Positions 17,632 through 27,528 of a DNA stretch of 64,000 nucleotides are shown here, in pieces. The notes under the pieces were generated by a model. The model did no database searches and was not told the origin of the DNA. It was given only the letters and a program-made list of their open reading frames with translations. The stretch is from Eubacteriales bacterium. GTDB lineage: Bacteria; Bacillota; Clostridia; Oscillospirales; CAG-272. Position numbers and translations under genes: made by a program. The stretch is taken from assembly GCA_045653805.1 (NCBI GenBank), contig JAZOMF010000075.1, forward strand, positions 1,112-65,111, in the 5' to 3' direction. Position 1 is the stretch's first letter, and the number at the start of each line of letters is the position of its first letter.

Positions 17632-18372
17632 TTACGACATTTCCTCGATGTGGTGAATGTATTCGATAGAGCGGAGAGCTTCGATAATTTCGCTATGAGA
17701 TTTATATTTCTTAAGCTCCTCACCCTGAATTGTGAGAGCAACAGAATATACGCTGAGCCCGGAATTAATATATGCAGGGTTAACCTCAATATCATCTATT
17801 CTCATGCCAAGTCTACGAATTGTGGTAACAAAGCTCTGAAGATTCTCTTTGTTTTTAAGTTCAAGATGGATCTCGAAATGATTTGAACGATTCTTAAAGA
17901 GACGTTCAAGTCTGGGGAAGCAGGACAGGCAGATCATCATAGCAATAAATGCGATGAGAGCAACGGTGTAGAAACCTGCACCACACAAAAGTCCAATAAA
18001 ACCAACCGACCAAAGTCCTGCCGCAGTGGTAAGACCCTTAATCTGGCTCTTGGAGCTGAAAAGGATGGAGTTGGAGCTGAGAATAGCGATACCAACGATA
18101 ACTGCCGCGGAAATAAGGGGGAAAGCAACCTTAAATGTTGACATAAGGAACAAGTCGAGCAGCATACCCATTGTGGAAGCAAGGGATACGAGCATAAAGG
18201 TACGGAGTCCTGCGGCGTGGCGCTTTGTGGAGCGCTCCCAACCGATAATAGCGGCGAAAAGAACCGACATAGCGATTCTGAGAAGAATAGACCAAAGATC
18301 AAGTCTGGAAGCCCACTCGCCGAGAAGCTCGCTTATGGGATCAGTTGCACTGAAAATTACATTAAAATCCAT
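17632..18372 (-). CDS. MgtC/SapB family membrane protein
   Basis: 246 aa with the IGWERSTKRHAAGLRTF signature and a soluble ACT-like C-terminal domain. Confidence 0.85.
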   Translation of the reverse strand: MDFNVIFSATDPISELLGEWASRLDLWSILLRIAMSVLFAAIIGWERSTKRHAAGLRTFMLVSLASTMGMLLDLFLMSTFKVAFPLISAAVIVGIAILSSNSILFSSKSQIKGLTTAAGLWSVGFIGLLCGAGFYTVALIAFIAMMICLSCFPRLERLFKNRSNHFEIHLELKNKENLQSFVTTIRRLGMRIDDIEVNPAYINSGLSVYSVALTIQGEELKKYKSHSEIIEALRSIEYIHHIEEMS

Positions 18373-18407
18373 TTTAGATGAACACCTTTCTATGTAATAG
18401 TGAATGA

Positions 18408-19871
18408 TTAACGGCGGTTTCTAAACCGTCTGCGCTGAAGCTCGGAGAGAGCTTCATACTGCTCGTCAGCAGCCTCAATAAACGCTGCCTCCTCGGGAGA
18501 CATTTCGTGTTTTTCGGGGGGAGGAAGTTCTTCACGTATCTTTTCGATTCTAGCAATAAGAATATCAACCTCGCTCTTTTTGTTGCCGTGCTCGTCAACC
18601 GTTTCAACGTGAGCCACATCCTCGATCTTGTTAGGTATTGCGCCCGCAAGGTGAAGTGCAGTATTGGCACTCGCAGGACCGATAAGCTCATAAAGAATAC
18701 CGGATGCAAGAATTATGGTATTGAGGTTTGCGCCATCAACACCGCCAATGGTTTCCTGCGCCATAGCCGCAAGACCAATCGTAACACCTGCCTGGGGAAT
18801 AAGAGCAAGACCCAAGAAGTTTTTAGTTTCTTTGGGGCTCTTGGTAACGAGACCGCCAAGGAAAGCTCCGCCGTATTTACCAGCTATACGGACAACAAAG
18901 TAAAGTATTGCCACTACAATGATCGGAACAGTGCCGCTGTTTCCGCTGACGGAGAAAAGAGCGTCGATCTTTAAGTTTGCACCTGAACGGACGAAGAACA
19001 AAAGCATTATAGGGGGGCTAAAATAGTTGAGCTGCTTATAAAGCTTATCATCGCCCGAAATGTTTATGTAAACCATTCCCATGGTCAAGCAGCCAAGAAG
19101 AGGGGAGACACCTAAAATAGCACATATACCGCAGAAGGTGAACAGCATACTGATAAGAATTATCAATCTGTTATCGGTGGTACGCTTCTTGGGCATAAGG
19201 AATTTTAAGAAGAAACCGAAGAATGCACCCATTATCATCAATCCGATATTGATAACTATGGGCATTATAACGTCGACAAAGTTAATTACAACCGGTGTGT
19301 CACCCGCAGAAAGGAAGGGACCGGCAACAGATAACGCAATGCTAAATGCAATAAGACTCAAGACGTCGTCCAGTGCGATGACCTGGAGCACTGTGTCGAC
19401 GAAAGGACCACCCGCCTTGGACTGTCTGATGGTCATAGCGGTGGACGTAGGAGCAGTTGCAGCCGCAAGCGCCGATAGGATGATAGAAAATCCTATGTTG
19501 AGTCTCAAAATAAAGAATGTGAGAACAAATATAACCAGCGCCGACGAAAGAGCTTCAAAAAGTGTTATCACCACTGTCTTAAGACCGTTTTTCTTCAAAG
19601 AAGACAGTTTAAAGAATTCTCCAACGCTGAAAGAAATAAATGCAAGTGCTATATCAGCCAGAAATCCGGTGCCTTGTATAACCTGTGTGGGCACAAGACC
19701 GAGAACAAAGGGACCTATCAAAATACCGGCAACGATATACGCCGTAACATTTGGGAGTCGCAAAAGCTTTGTAACTCTCGTAAGAGCAAAGCCCGCAAAG
19801 AGCATTATAGATACCGCAATTATTACCTTGGCGGTTTCACTTTCAATTCCCGCGTAAAAATTATTTAACAC
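18408..19871 (-). CDS. cation:proton antiporter (Na+/H+ exchanger family)
   Basis: Polytopic protein with a soluble acidic tail. I prefer the GTG at 19871 (GGAGG 7 nt upstream) over the track TTG at 19877. Confidence 0.75.
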   Translation of the reverse strand: MLNNFYAGIESETAKVIIAVSIMLFAGFALTRVTKLLRLPNVTAYIVAGILIGPFVLGLVPTQVIQGTGFLADIALAFISFSVGEFFKLSSLKKNGLKTVVITLFEALSSALVIFVLTFFILRLNIGFSIILSALAAATAPTSTAMTIRQSKAGGPFVDTVLQVIALDDVLSLIAFSIALSVAGPFLSAGDTPVVINFVDVIMPIVINIGLMIMGAFFGFFLKFLMPKKRTTDNRLIILISMLFTFCGICAILGVSPLLGCLTMGMVYINISGDDKLYKQLNYFSPPIMLLFFVRSGANLKIDALFSVSGNSGTVPIIVVAILYFVVRIAGKYGGAFLGGLVTKSPKETKNFLGLALIPQAGVTIGLAAMAQETIGGVDGANLNTIILASGILYELIGPASANTALHLAGAIPNKIEDVAHVETVDEHGNKKSEVDILIARIEKIREELPPPEKHEMSPEEAAFIEAADEQYEALSELQRRRFRNRR

Positions 19872-20142
19872 AGACAAGCCTCCTTTTCTGAGATGTAATA
19901 AAAAAATTAAAAAGACCCATTAAAACACACGGTAAGATCCATAATGTTCCAATACGTCTCAATTTCTCTGTACTTTTATATATTCTACTACTAATTCTAT
20001 ATTTTGTCAATAGCTTTTATAAAAAAAGTTGAATTTTTGGTTGACAATATTTGAAAAACTGTGATATAATTAATAAAAAAATATAAATTGTCAATTTTGG
20101 GTGGTAAATTATTCAAATTTATCGCCGAAAGGGGTTTTAAAA

Positions 20143-20457
20143 ATGATAAGACACGTTATAATGTGGAAGTTTGCAGAGGAGTTTGACGGAATGAATAAAG
20201 AGGAAATAATTGATAAGATAACAGAGGATTTTATTCATCTGAAAAAAGTGATTCCTGAGATCAAATATATGAGCGTTGAGAGAGACGTTCTTAAAACCGA
20301 GCGTTCCTTTGATATGATATATGTCACCGAGTTCGAGTCGCTTGAGTCGCTTGAGGTTTATCGTGTTCATCCCGAACACGTTAAAGTTGCGCAATTTATC
20401 GGCAAGGTAAGATGCGCGCAAGCAGTTACGGATACCGTAAAGTCCGAGATAAAGTGA
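20143..20457 (+). CDS. Dabb (stress-responsive alpha/beta barrel) domain protein
   Basis: MIRHVIMWKF start with RBS AAAGGGG. Ends with ...HPEHVKV. Confidence 0.7.
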   Translation: MIRHVIMWKFAEEFDGMNKEEIIDKITEDFIHLKKVIPEIKYMSVERDVLKTERSFDMIYVTEFESLESLEVYRVHPEHVKVAQFIGKVRCAQAVTDTVKSEIK

Positions 20458-20463
20458 GGTAAT

Positions 20464-21249
20464 ATGAACTACAACTTAAATTGCACAAGCTGCTCCAAGG
20501 AATCCTACAAAACTATACCGCTCAATCGAGTTTTTGATAAGCTGAACGAGCTCTTTTCTAAAAATGATCTTGAGGGCGTAGGCAGAGCGCTTGACTTTTG
20601 GGAAAATGAAGCCCGAAATTTGGGAGACCGGAGAGGTCTGTTGGAAATACTCAACGAAGAAATAGGCTATTTCAGAAGAACAGGCAACGAACAGAAAGCT
20701 TTCAAATCTATAAAAGAAGCCTTTGAGCTTATAGAAAAGCATGGTGTTGGCGACCCTATATCATCCGGCACTATATATCTGAACGGTGCAACAACTATGA
20801 AAGCTTTCGGTAAAGCGGATGCGTCCATGGTTTATTACGAGAAAGCAAAATCCATCTATGAGAGTCAACTTGATGCTAATGATTACAGACTCGCGGCACT
20901 ATACAACAATATTTCCTCTGCTCACAAGGATATTGGCGACTACATAAGCGCTGAAATCTCCTGCTTAAAGGCTATCGAAATTCTTAAAGATAACGATGAC
21001 TGCCTTGGCGAGATCGCCGTCAGCCTTATCAACTTGGCACACATCTACTATGACCAAGACCCTCTTGACGAGCGAATTTACGAAATAATGGACAAGGCGT
21101 GGGAGCTTCTCACGTCGGATAAAAACGAACAGGACGGCGATTTTGCCTTTATCTGCTCCAAGTGCTATCCCTCGTTTGGATTTTTCGGATATTTTGAAAA
21201 GGAAGCAGAGCTAAAGGCTCTCTCGGAGAAGATTTATGAAGGGAATTAA
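20464..21249 (+). CDS. TPR-repeat protein
   Basis: 261 aa with repeated A..Y...A..Y helical-pair patterns. Confidence 0.55.
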   Translation: MNYNLNCTSCSKESYKTIPLNRVFDKLNELFSKNDLEGVGRALDFWENEARNLGDRRGLLEILNEEIGYFRRTGNEQKAFKSIKEAFELIEKHGVGDPISSGTIYLNGATTMKAFGKADASMVYYEKAKSIYESQLDANDYRLAALYNNISSAHKDIGDYISAEISCLKAIEILKDNDDCLGEIAVSLINLAHIYYDQDPLDERIYEIMDKAWELLTSDKNEQDGDFAFICSKCYPSFGFFGYFEKEAELKALSEKIYEGN

Positions 21250-22168
21250 GCTCTCTCGCGCCTATTTTGAGGAATACGGTAAGCCCATGCTGGAAAAGGA
21301 CTTCACACAATATCTGGATAGAATTGCGGTAGGTCTTGTGGGGCACGGTTCAGAGTGCTTCGGCTTTGACGACGATATTTCTCTTGATCACGATTTTGAG
21401 CCCGGATTTTGCCTCTGGCTCACCGAGGATGACGAAAAAGAATTCGGTTTTAAGCTCTTTCGCGCCTATTCCAAGCTACCCAAGGAATATAATGGTATAA
21501 AATGCCTCGATAAAAGCGCCCTTGGTTCAAAAGAAAAGGGTGTGCATACCATTGGAGATTTTTATTCTGTCTACACTGGGCGAAAGGGCGCTCCGGAGTG
21601 CTGGCAAGATTGGCTCTATACGCCCTCGCACTATTTTGCAGAAGCTGCTAACGGCGAAGTATTCTGCGACCCTCTTGGGGAATTTACCCGTATCCGTGAG
21701 ACAATTAAAAACGGCATGCCCGAGGACGTCCGCCGCAAGAAAATTGCATCCTGCGCCCTGCACATGGCTCAATCGGGTCAGTACAATTATAAAAGATGCC
21801 TTGCTCACGGAGAGAACGCTTCTGCGCGACTCGCCCTTGATGAATTTGTTCGCAATGCCGCCGAACTGACTTTTCTGCTTGAAGGTCGCCACGCGCCCTA
21901 TTATAAATGGATATTTCGCGCCATGAGAGAGCTGCCCCGCCTTTCTTCTATGGCAGATAGGCTTACAGCTCTGGCAACTCTGCCCTCGGACGAAACCTTG
22001 AAGATCGAGCTTTTGATCGAGGAGATAAGTGTGGAATTTATCAATGAATTCAAGCGTCAGGGGATTACCGATGCGACCTGCACTTTCCTTGAATCTCACG
22101 CCTATTCTATCAACGATACTATCAAAAACCCCGAGATTCGCAATCTTCATATTTTCTATAAAAGCTAA
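21236..22168 (+). CDS. conserved hypothetical protein (DUF4037-like by recollection)
   Basis: 310 aa, overlaps the previous gene by 14 nt. The family assignment is from memory only. Confidence 0.45.
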   Translation: MKGIKLSRAYFEEYGKPMLEKDFTQYLDRIAVGLVGHGSECFGFDDDISLDHDFEPGFCLWLTEDDEKEFGFKLFRAYSKLPKEYNGIKCLDKSALGSKEKGVHTIGDFYSVYTGRKGAPECWQDWLYTPSHYFAEAANGEVFCDPLGEFTRIRETIKNGMPEDVRRKKIASCALHMAQSGQYNYKRCLAHGENASARLALDEFVRNAAELTFLLEGRHAPYYKWIFRAMRELPRLSSMADRLTALATLPSDETLKIELLIEEISVEFINEFKRQGITDATCTFLESHAYSINDTIKNPEIRNLHIFYKS

Positions 22169-22207
22169 TGCAAAAAGGTCACATCGAGGCGATGTGACCT
22201 TAATTTT

Positions 22208-23272
22208 TTATTGAATTATTCCGCCGCCGACAACGTAATCTCCGTCGTACATAACCGCAGATTGCCCCGGAGCGGGCGCTCTCTGTGGATCGTCAAAGGT
22301 GAGAGTTATCTCATCCTTGCCCGTAATCTCAGCGTATGCGGGACTTTCTGCGTGCCTGTATCTTATCTTTGCACAAACTCTGATCTTGCCCTCAAAGCTA
22401 TCAAAGGGAATAAGATTTATCCCTTTAAGTACAACGGTTTTAGTGAATAGTTTGTCCTCATCTGCAAGTGTGACGGTATTGGTAGCGGCATCCTTTTTCG
22501 TAACGAAAATGTGTCTGCCCATAGAAATTCCAAGTCCCTTACGCTGACCGATGGTGTAATGGATCACACCCTTATGCTTGCCGAGAATATTGCCATCCTC
22601 GTCGATATAATTTCCCTCGGGATACTTCTCACCAACCTCTTTTTCAAGGAAAGCGGCGTAGTCGCCGTCGGGCACGAAGCAGATGTCCTGGCTATCGCTC
22701 TTGTGAGCAATAACAAAGCCCTTTTCCTCGCCCATTTTTCGTATCTCAGGCTTAGTCAAGCCACCGAGAGGGAGCACGGTGTGAGCGAGCTGATGCTGGG
22801 AGAGCGACCAAAGCATATAGGTCTGATCCTTCTTCTCGTCAGCCGCCTTTTTGAGCAGGTATCTGCCGTCATCACGACGCTCAACTCTCGCATAATGACC
22901 CGTTGCGATAAGCTCTGCGCCATTCTTGATCTCTGCATCTAAAAACGCGCCGAATTTCAAGAGCTTATTGCATACGATACAAGGGTTGGGGGTGCCTCCC
23001 GAATAGTAGGTGTCTATAAAATTACCAACCACGGTGGAGTGAAATTTATCCTCAAAATAATACACTCTATGCGCGATACCCAGCTTGTCGCAAACCGCCT
23101 TTGCATCGGCAATATCCTGCGCGGCAAGATCATTTCCGTTCTCGTCGATCTTCTTGCAAAGGCTCATGGTTGCACCGCTGATCTCATAGCCCTCCTCAAG
23201 AGCGATAAGAGCCGCCACGGCACTGTCGATTCCGCCGCTCATGGCAACGGTAAGTTTCTTTTTATCAGTCAT
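22208..23272 (-). CDS. mnmA: tRNA 2-thiouridine(34) synthase
   Basis: SGGIDSAV PP-loop and a CNKLLKFG-type motif. I prefer the start at MTDKKKL (AAGGA RBS). Confidence 0.9.
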   Translation of the reverse strand: MTDKKKLTVAMSGGIDSAVAALIALEEGYEISGATMSLCKKIDENGNDLAAQDIADAKAVCDKLGIAHRVYYFEDKFHSTVVGNFIDTYYSGGTPNPCIVCNKLLKFGAFLDAEIKNGAELIATGHYARVERRDDGRYLLKKAADEKKDQTYMLWSLSQHQLAHTVLPLGGLTKPEIRKMGEEKGFVIAHKSDSQDICFVPDGDYAAFLEKEVGEKYPEGNYIDEDGNILGKHKGVIHYTIGQRKGLGISMGRHIFVTKKDAATNTVTLADEDKLFTKTVVLKGINLIPFDSFEGKIRVCAKIRYRHAESPAYAEITGKDEITLTFDDPQRAPAPGQSAVMYDGDYVVGGGIIQ

Positions 23273-23283
23273 AATTTTCCTTA

Positions 23284-23781
23284 TTACCAATTAAATTTTG
23301 TAAGCTCGCCTATCTCCTGCATACCCTCGAAATCTCTCTGGCGGAGTATCTCGTAGACCGCTATCGCCACCGAGTTTGAAAGGTTGAGAGAGCGAAGCTG
23401 ATCTCTCATAGGGATTCGCACGCAAGTTTCAGGATTGGCGTAAAGCAACTCCTCCGGAAGACCGCGAGTCTCCTTGCCAAACATTATCCAAGCGTCATCG
23501 GGATAAGTAATATCCGAATACTTGTGTTTTGCCTTGGTAGAGAAATAATATACCGTTATATCGGGGTGCTTGGCAAAGAAATCCTCAAGCCCGTCGTAAT
23601 AGGTGATATCAAGCTTGTCCCAGTAGTCAAGTCCCGCACGCTTGAGCTTGGCATTGTCTATCTCAAAGCCAAGAGGACGAATAAGGTGTAGCGACGCCCC
23701 GGTAGCGGCGCAGGTGCGCGCAATATTTCCTGTGTTCTGCGGAATTTCAGGCTCGCATAAAACTATATTGATGTGTGACAT
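23284..23781 (-). CDS. trmL: tRNA (cytidine/uridine-2'-O)-methyltransferase TrmL (SpoU/TrmH)
   Basis: IVLCEPEIPQNTGNIARTC and LNLSNSVAIAVYE motifs. Start at MSHIN with GGAGA RBS. Confidence 0.85.
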   Translation of the reverse strand: MSHINIVLCEPEIPQNTGNIARTCAATGASLHLIRPLGFEIDNAKLKRAGLDYWDKLDITYYDGLEDFFAKHPDITVYYFSTKAKHKYSDITYPDDAWIMFGKETRGLPEELLYANPETCVRIPMRDQLRSLNLSNSVAIAVYEILRQRDFEGMQEIGELTKFNW

Positions 23782-23984
23782 CGTCATTTCTCCAAAAATC
23801 AAATTTACAACTTAAATTATATATCAAATGCGACTTTTTTTCAAGTGTTTTTTGAAAATTTACAAATATAGGTTGCTTTAACATAAAAATTATAGTATAA
23901 TATAATTTATAATGCAAAATTGCGCACAAATTAGATTGTACGCTCTATAAAATATCTTTTTGAATCGAAAGGATCATTTAAAAA

Positions 23985-26732
23985 ATGGGATTCGCAGACA
24001 AGATTTTCGGCACATACAGTAGCCGTCAAATAAAAAAACTTGAAAAGATTGCGGCAGAGATAGAGGCTCTTGCCCCCAAGTATGCAAAAATGACCGACGA
24101 GGAGCTTAAGGCGGTAACTCCCGCCCTCAAGATAAGACTTGCAAACGGAGAAACTCTCGACGATATTTTGCCCGACGCTTTTGCGGCTATCCGCGAGGCA
24201 GATGACCGTGTACTTGGCAAACGCCCATTCCACGTTCAGCTTCTCGGCGGTATCATTCTTCATCAGGGAAGAATCGCTGAAATGAAGACAGGTGAAGGTA
24301 AGACTCTCGTTGCAACTCTCCCCGCATACCTTAACGGTCTTTCGGGCAAGGGTGTTCACATCGTTACCGTAAACGATTACCTTGCACGCCGAGACAGCGA
24401 GGAAATGGGCAGAGTCTACAGTTTTATGGGACTCACCACCGGTCTCGTTGTTCACGGCATGTCCAGCAACGAAAAGCAGGCGGCATACGCGGCTGATATT
24501 ACCTACGGTACAAATAACGAGTTTGGATTCGACTACCTCCGTGACAACATGGTGGTCTATAAGGAAAGAATGGTGCAAAGAGGACACTCCTTTGCAATCG
24601 TGGACGAGGTAGACTCCATCCTCGTAGACGAAGCGAGAACACCTCTTATTATATCGGGTGCAGGCGACGAGCCCACCGATATGTACGAGAAAGCAGACCG
24701 CTTTGCACGTACTCTCCGCAAGCTTGTAAACAAGGAAATTGATGCCAAGATAGAGCAGGATGAATACGATGCAGACTACATCGTAGACGAAAAGGCAAGA
24801 AACGCCATCTTGACCCCCAAGGGCGCAAAGAAGGCAGAGGCATTCTTCGGTGTTGAAAACTTCACCGATGCCGAAAACGCAGACCTTATGCACTACGTTA
24901 ACCAGGCAATCAAGGCTCACGGTACTATGTTCCGCGATCAGCAGTACGTTGTAACCGACAAGGGCGTTATCATCGTAGATGAGTTTACAGGCCGTATGAT
25001 GCCCGGCAGACGCTATTCTGATGGTCTCCATCAAGCAATCGAAGCCAAGGAAGGCGTCAAAATTGAAAAAGGGAACAAGACCCTCGCTACTATCACATTC
25101 CAGAACTACTTCAGAATGTATAAGAAGCTTTCCGGTATGACCGGTACTGCTCTTACCGAGCAGGAGGAGTTTAAGGAGATATACTACCTCGACGTAGTTG
25201 AAGTTCCCACCAATAAGCCTATGATCCGTAAGGATCATCCCGATTCGGTTTACAAAACCGTAAACGGTAAGTACAACGCCGTTATTGAGCAGATCAAGGA
25301 GTGCCACGCAAAGGGTCAGCCCGTGCTGGTTGGTACTGTTTCCATTGAAAAGTCCGAGGAGCTTTCTCGCAGACTTATGAATGCAGGTATCAAGCACACC
25401 GTCCTTAATGCGAAATTCCACCAGAAGGAAGCGGAGATAGTTGCGCAGGCAGGTAAGCTTGGCGCTGTTACCATCTCCACTAACATGGCAGGACGTGGTA
25501 CCGATATTATGCTTGGCGGTAACCCCGAATTTCTCGCAAAGCAGGAAATGCGCTCTAAGGATATCCCCGAGGAAATTATTGCAGAGGCAAACGGAACATC
25601 CTACACCGATAACGAGGAGCTTATCGAGGCAAGAAAACTTTTTGCTGAGCTTTACGAAAAATATAAGCAAGAGATCGCTCCCGAGGCAGCAAAGGTTAGA
25701 GAAGCGGGTGGACTTTTCATTCTCGGTACTGAAAGACACGAGAGCCGCCGTATAGATAACCAGCTCCGCGGACGCTCGGGCCGTCAGGGTGACCCCGGCG
25801 AATCCAGATTCTATCTCTCCCTTGAGGATGACCTCATGCGTCTCTTCGGTTCAGAGAGAATTGCGGGCTTAGTTGACCGAATGGGACTTGACGAAAACAC
25901 TGCTATTGATGCGCGTATGCTCTCCAACTCCATTGAGGGCGCGCAGAAGAAGAAAGAAGATAACAACTTCAAGCGCCGTAAGTACGTCCTTGCATACGAT
26001 GACGTTATGAACCAGCAGAGAACTATCATCTACAAGCAGAGAGGTGACGTTCTCGAGGGTGGCGACGGCATTGAAGAAACTATAAAGAAGATGATCGTTT
26101 CCACCATCAGCGACGTTGTTGCGGTTCACACAAGCGACGAGCATGCTGAGGCTTGGAGCTTTGATGCTCTCCGAGCTGACCTTTCCTATATTTGCGGCGA
26201 GAACGACTTCCGCTATTCCGCAGATGAACTCAAAAAGCTGAACGCATCCGACATCGAGAATATGCTCACCAACCGTGCGCTTAAAATGTACGAGGAAAAG
26301 GAAACGCTTTTCGGTAAGGAAGTATATCTTGAGGTTCAGAGATCCATCCTACTCAAAAACGTTGATATGGCCTGGATGTAGCACATCGACGCTATGGACG
26401 ACCTCAAGGGTATGATCAATCTCCAGGCATACGCTCACCGTGATCCCATCACGGAATACAGAATCACCGGTGGTGATATGTTCGACAATATGATCGCAGA
26501 GATACGCGACAAGACCGTCCGTATGATCCTCGCGGTTATACCCAGACCTGCGCATCAGATCCAGCGCGTTCAGGTGGCAAATCCCATTACCGCAGGCTTT
26601 GAGGGCAGCACTCAAAAGACTGTTAAAAAGGTGAGCGTTAAAAAGGATGCGGCGCAAAAGGTGGGCAGAAACGATCCCTGTCCCTGCGGCTCGGGTAAGA
26701 AATACAAGAACTGTTGCGGAGCAAATCAGTAA
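23985..26732 (+). CDS. secA: preprotein translocase ATPase SecA, interrupted by an in-frame TAG at 26379-26381
   Basis: ORFs 23985..26381 and 26394..26732 share one frame. Together they read ...[32 protein letters not shown]... and end with the [14 protein letters not shown] zinc finger. Confidence 0.85.
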
Positions 26733-26769
26733 TCATAATTCACTATAACAGACAGAAAGGAGAATAGAA

Positions 26770-27501
26770 ATGGGCTTTGGATTTTTACTCATAGGATATA
26801 TGTTATCCTTCTTGGTAACTGCAGGATTAGGTCCCTACATCTTTGCGGGAATGCTGATAGGAAGCATATTTATGTTCTTCGGATTAAAGGAACTAAGAAA
26901 ATACGACCCCGTATTTATATACGCCCTTATCGGTGATATTCTCCTTTTTGCTTGCTCATTGATAATCGGTGTCACTTGGACACTTGGCAACTTCACAAGC
27001 ATCGACGTAGCCATGCTTTCAACCGTTATGAGTTTTGTTAAGATTGCAGTTTGTATCTTTTTTGAAATCTCATTGCTTTACGGTGTTGCAGACCTTTCAA
27101 GAAGAGTCGACTATCCCGACACCAGACAAAAGGCGATCACAAATATCATATACGTTGGCATATTCAACGTATATCAGATAATCACACTGACACCTATCGT
27201 AACCTCAATGAGCGGTGAAAACAAGGCAACAGCACTGACAATATTGATGATAGCACAGGTAATTTACACCGCTATCAACACGTTCCTTTTCTTCAAGTGC
27301 TACGCTATGATCTGTCCCGCAGGACAAGAGGATATGCCGTACAAAAAATCCAAATTCGCATTTATCAATAAATTCCGAGAAATAAGAGATGCCAAGGATG
27401 AAAAGGCAATCGAGGATATGAAAAATTATTACGAGGACAAGCTTAAGCGGCGTAACTCAAAGCGCAATTCCAAGTATTCCAAAAAGAAAAAGAAAAAATA
27501 A
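26770..27501 (+). CDS. hypothetical polytopic membrane protein with K-rich tail
   Basis: 243 aa with RBS AAAGGAGA, about 6 TM segments and a C-terminal KRRNSKRNSKYSKKKKKK. Confidence 0.6.
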   Translation: MGFGFLLIGYMLSFLVTAGLGPYIFAGMLIGSIFMFFGLKELRKYDPVFIYALIGDILLFACSLIIGVTWTLGNFTSIDVAMLSTVMSFVKIAVCIFFEISLLYGVADLSRRVDYPDTRQKAITNIIYVGIFNVYQIITLTPIVTSMSGENKATALTILMIAQVIYTAINTFLFFKCYAMICPAGQEDMPYKKSKFAFINKFREIRDAKDEKAIEDMKNYYEDKLKRRNSKRNSKYSKKKKKK

Positions 27502-27528
27502 ATAAAATAAGCAAAGGAGGGAATTATC

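Noticed and set aside
23931-25739. 602-aa minus-strand ORF antisense to secA
   Set aside because: Mirror ORF of a strongly codon-biased gene. It has no start context or motifs, and the sense frame encodes canonical SecA.
26379-26381. Genome-wide reassignment of TAG (for example pyrrolysine or an alternative code) as the explanation for the secA stop
   Set aside because: TAG ends two other genes. At 17576 it is followed directly by a terminator, and at 37026 by non-coding repeat sequence. No other conserved gene in the window has an internal TAG. I saw no pyl genes or CUA-anticodon tRNA, though the rest of the genome is unseen.
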